A DNA stretch of 64,000 nt, from assembly GCA_013265495.1 (NCBI GenBank), contig MU061538.1:682001-746000 (forward strand), read 5' to 3'. Made by a program: the position numbers and the translations under genes. Shown piece by piece: positions 63,315 through 64,000 of this stretch. The first letter of the stretch is position 1. Each line of letters begins with the position of its first letter. Source of the DNA: Vicugna vicugna. Taxonomy: Eukaryota. The notes beneath the pieces are model-generated. The model was given only the letters and a program-made list of their open reading frames with translations, ran no database searches and had not been told where the DNA came from.

Positions 63315-63930
63315 GATGCGCCAAACACAGTTGCATTTATTTTCTTTTTTTAAGCAAATAACAAAGACCCAGTTTACCAGCTTTACTTTTTTAAACCTAA
63401 GCTTAACGTTACATATCTAAACAATTTTCAAAACTTACTAAGTTGCCAGCAATCATGCACAACTAGAAAACATCCTCAATTTATACTGAACCAGAAATGT
63501 GTTACCATTAACGCGTTAGTGTCTTTCGCTACTGAAAACACTGAAGAAAACTGGAATTACTTTTGTGGAAGGTTCGTCCTGGCAATGTTAGCTTCACAGC
63601 AGGCTGACACTACTTGGCTCACGCTGCAAGCAAATGGGAAGCAGGCCCGTGCTGGTGTCAGTGTACGAAAGAGTCACGGCCGCCTTGAGTCACGTTTAAT
63701 AAAAAGGCAAAGTGCACACAGAGATTTACAACAATCTTAAAGACAAAAAATGGTCCTATCATGTGGTCCCAACAATAAACTCAAAAGTCTATGACAAACA
63801 GGGCTCCGACGAGCTGCGTATAAATACGTTAGATCAGGTACAGTTACACGGAAAGGCGAGTTCGTCTGAAACCTGCCAGTCCTCGGGGCGCCCGCCACAC
63901 GGAACGTTCCTGTGCCATGCGGGCCGGGAG
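63315..63930 (-). other. DNAJB6: DNAJB6 isoform b 3' UTR (within intron 8 of isoform a)
   Basis: This AT-rich segment follows the isoform b stop and contrasts with the GC-rich intron. It ends near the AATAAA at 63336-63341 and may extend to about 62660. Confidence 0.7.
63336..63341 (-). terminator. Intronic polyadenylation signal AATAAA for DNAJB6 isoform b
   Basis: The sense context is ...ttgcttaaaaaaagaaAATAAAtgcaactgtgtttgg. There is an upstream UGUA at 63413-63410 and a downstream GU-rich tract. Confidence 0.75.
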
Positions 63931-64000
63931 CTACTTGTTCTCCAAGCGCAGCAGCTGCTCCTTACCATTTATCGTCAAGGACTTTAATTGGCCGTTCTCT
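63931..64000 (-). CDS. DNAJB6: DNAJB6 exon 8 (partial, cut by window edge) with the isoform b terminal coding extension: [22 protein letters not shown]; isoform a uses only 64000-63966
   Basis: The reverse complement reads A GAG AAC GGC CAA TTA AAG TCC TTG ACG ATA AAT G|GT AAG GAG CAG CTG CTG CGC TTG GAG AAC AAG TAG. The internal donor is AATG|GTAAGG at 63966/63965. It matches the remembered DNAJB6b end [15 protein letters not shown]. Confidence 0.96.
   Translation of the reverse strand, partial: [22 protein letters not shown]

Larger units (their letters stand above)
45755..64000 (-). other. DNAJB6: DNAJB6 gene, 3' portion (exon 8 partial, intron 8, exon 9, intron 9, exon 10 with 3' UTR); the gene continues beyond the window end
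   Basis: Three minus-strand segments join in frame through GT-AG sites to give ...[28 protein letters not shown]...SAG|[26 protein letters not shown]. This matches the remembered DNAJB6a C-terminus ([15 protein letters not shown]...[27 protein letters not shown]). The 3' boundary is estimated from the AATAAA at 45777-45782. Confidence 0.96.

Noticed and set aside
1-64000. CRISPR arrays, rRNA or genuine tRNA genes
   Set aside because: None seen. The tRNA-like A/B boxes all belong to SINEs with tails, and the three intact copies have TSDs.

Overview
This is a very GC-rich mammalian window. It is probably camelid, judging by three tRNA-derived SINEs matching the Vic-1 family as I recall it. It holds the 3' part of DNAJB6 (HSP40 co-chaperone) on the minus strand. 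The window edge cuts exon 8, which either reads through to the short isoform b end (...[15 protein letters not shown], stop 63931-63933) or splices at 63966 to exon 9 (51056-50841) and exon 10 (46935-46853, ...[22 protein letters not shown]) of the long NLS-bearing isoform a. Both isoforms have identifiable AATAAA signals. Positions 1-45700 are downstream intergenic DNA with L1, L2, MIR and SINE remnants, a 352-N gap and several candidate regulatory islands. I found no other protein-coding gene, and the many ORFs in the track are chance products of high GC. I see no evidence of a wholly new biological system. The best leads are: (i) exon 9 may be a second composite exon with its own intronic ATTAAA, giving a third, NLS-less isoform; (ii) a ~146-bp inverted templated duplication inside an old L1; (iii) strong local AT-to-GC conversion of repeats; (iv) an orphan RFX/RFX/CCAAT/GC-box promoter-like module; (v) an AT-rich POU/homeodomain island. 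Exon numbers and repeat family names are recalled from memory, not from database searches.
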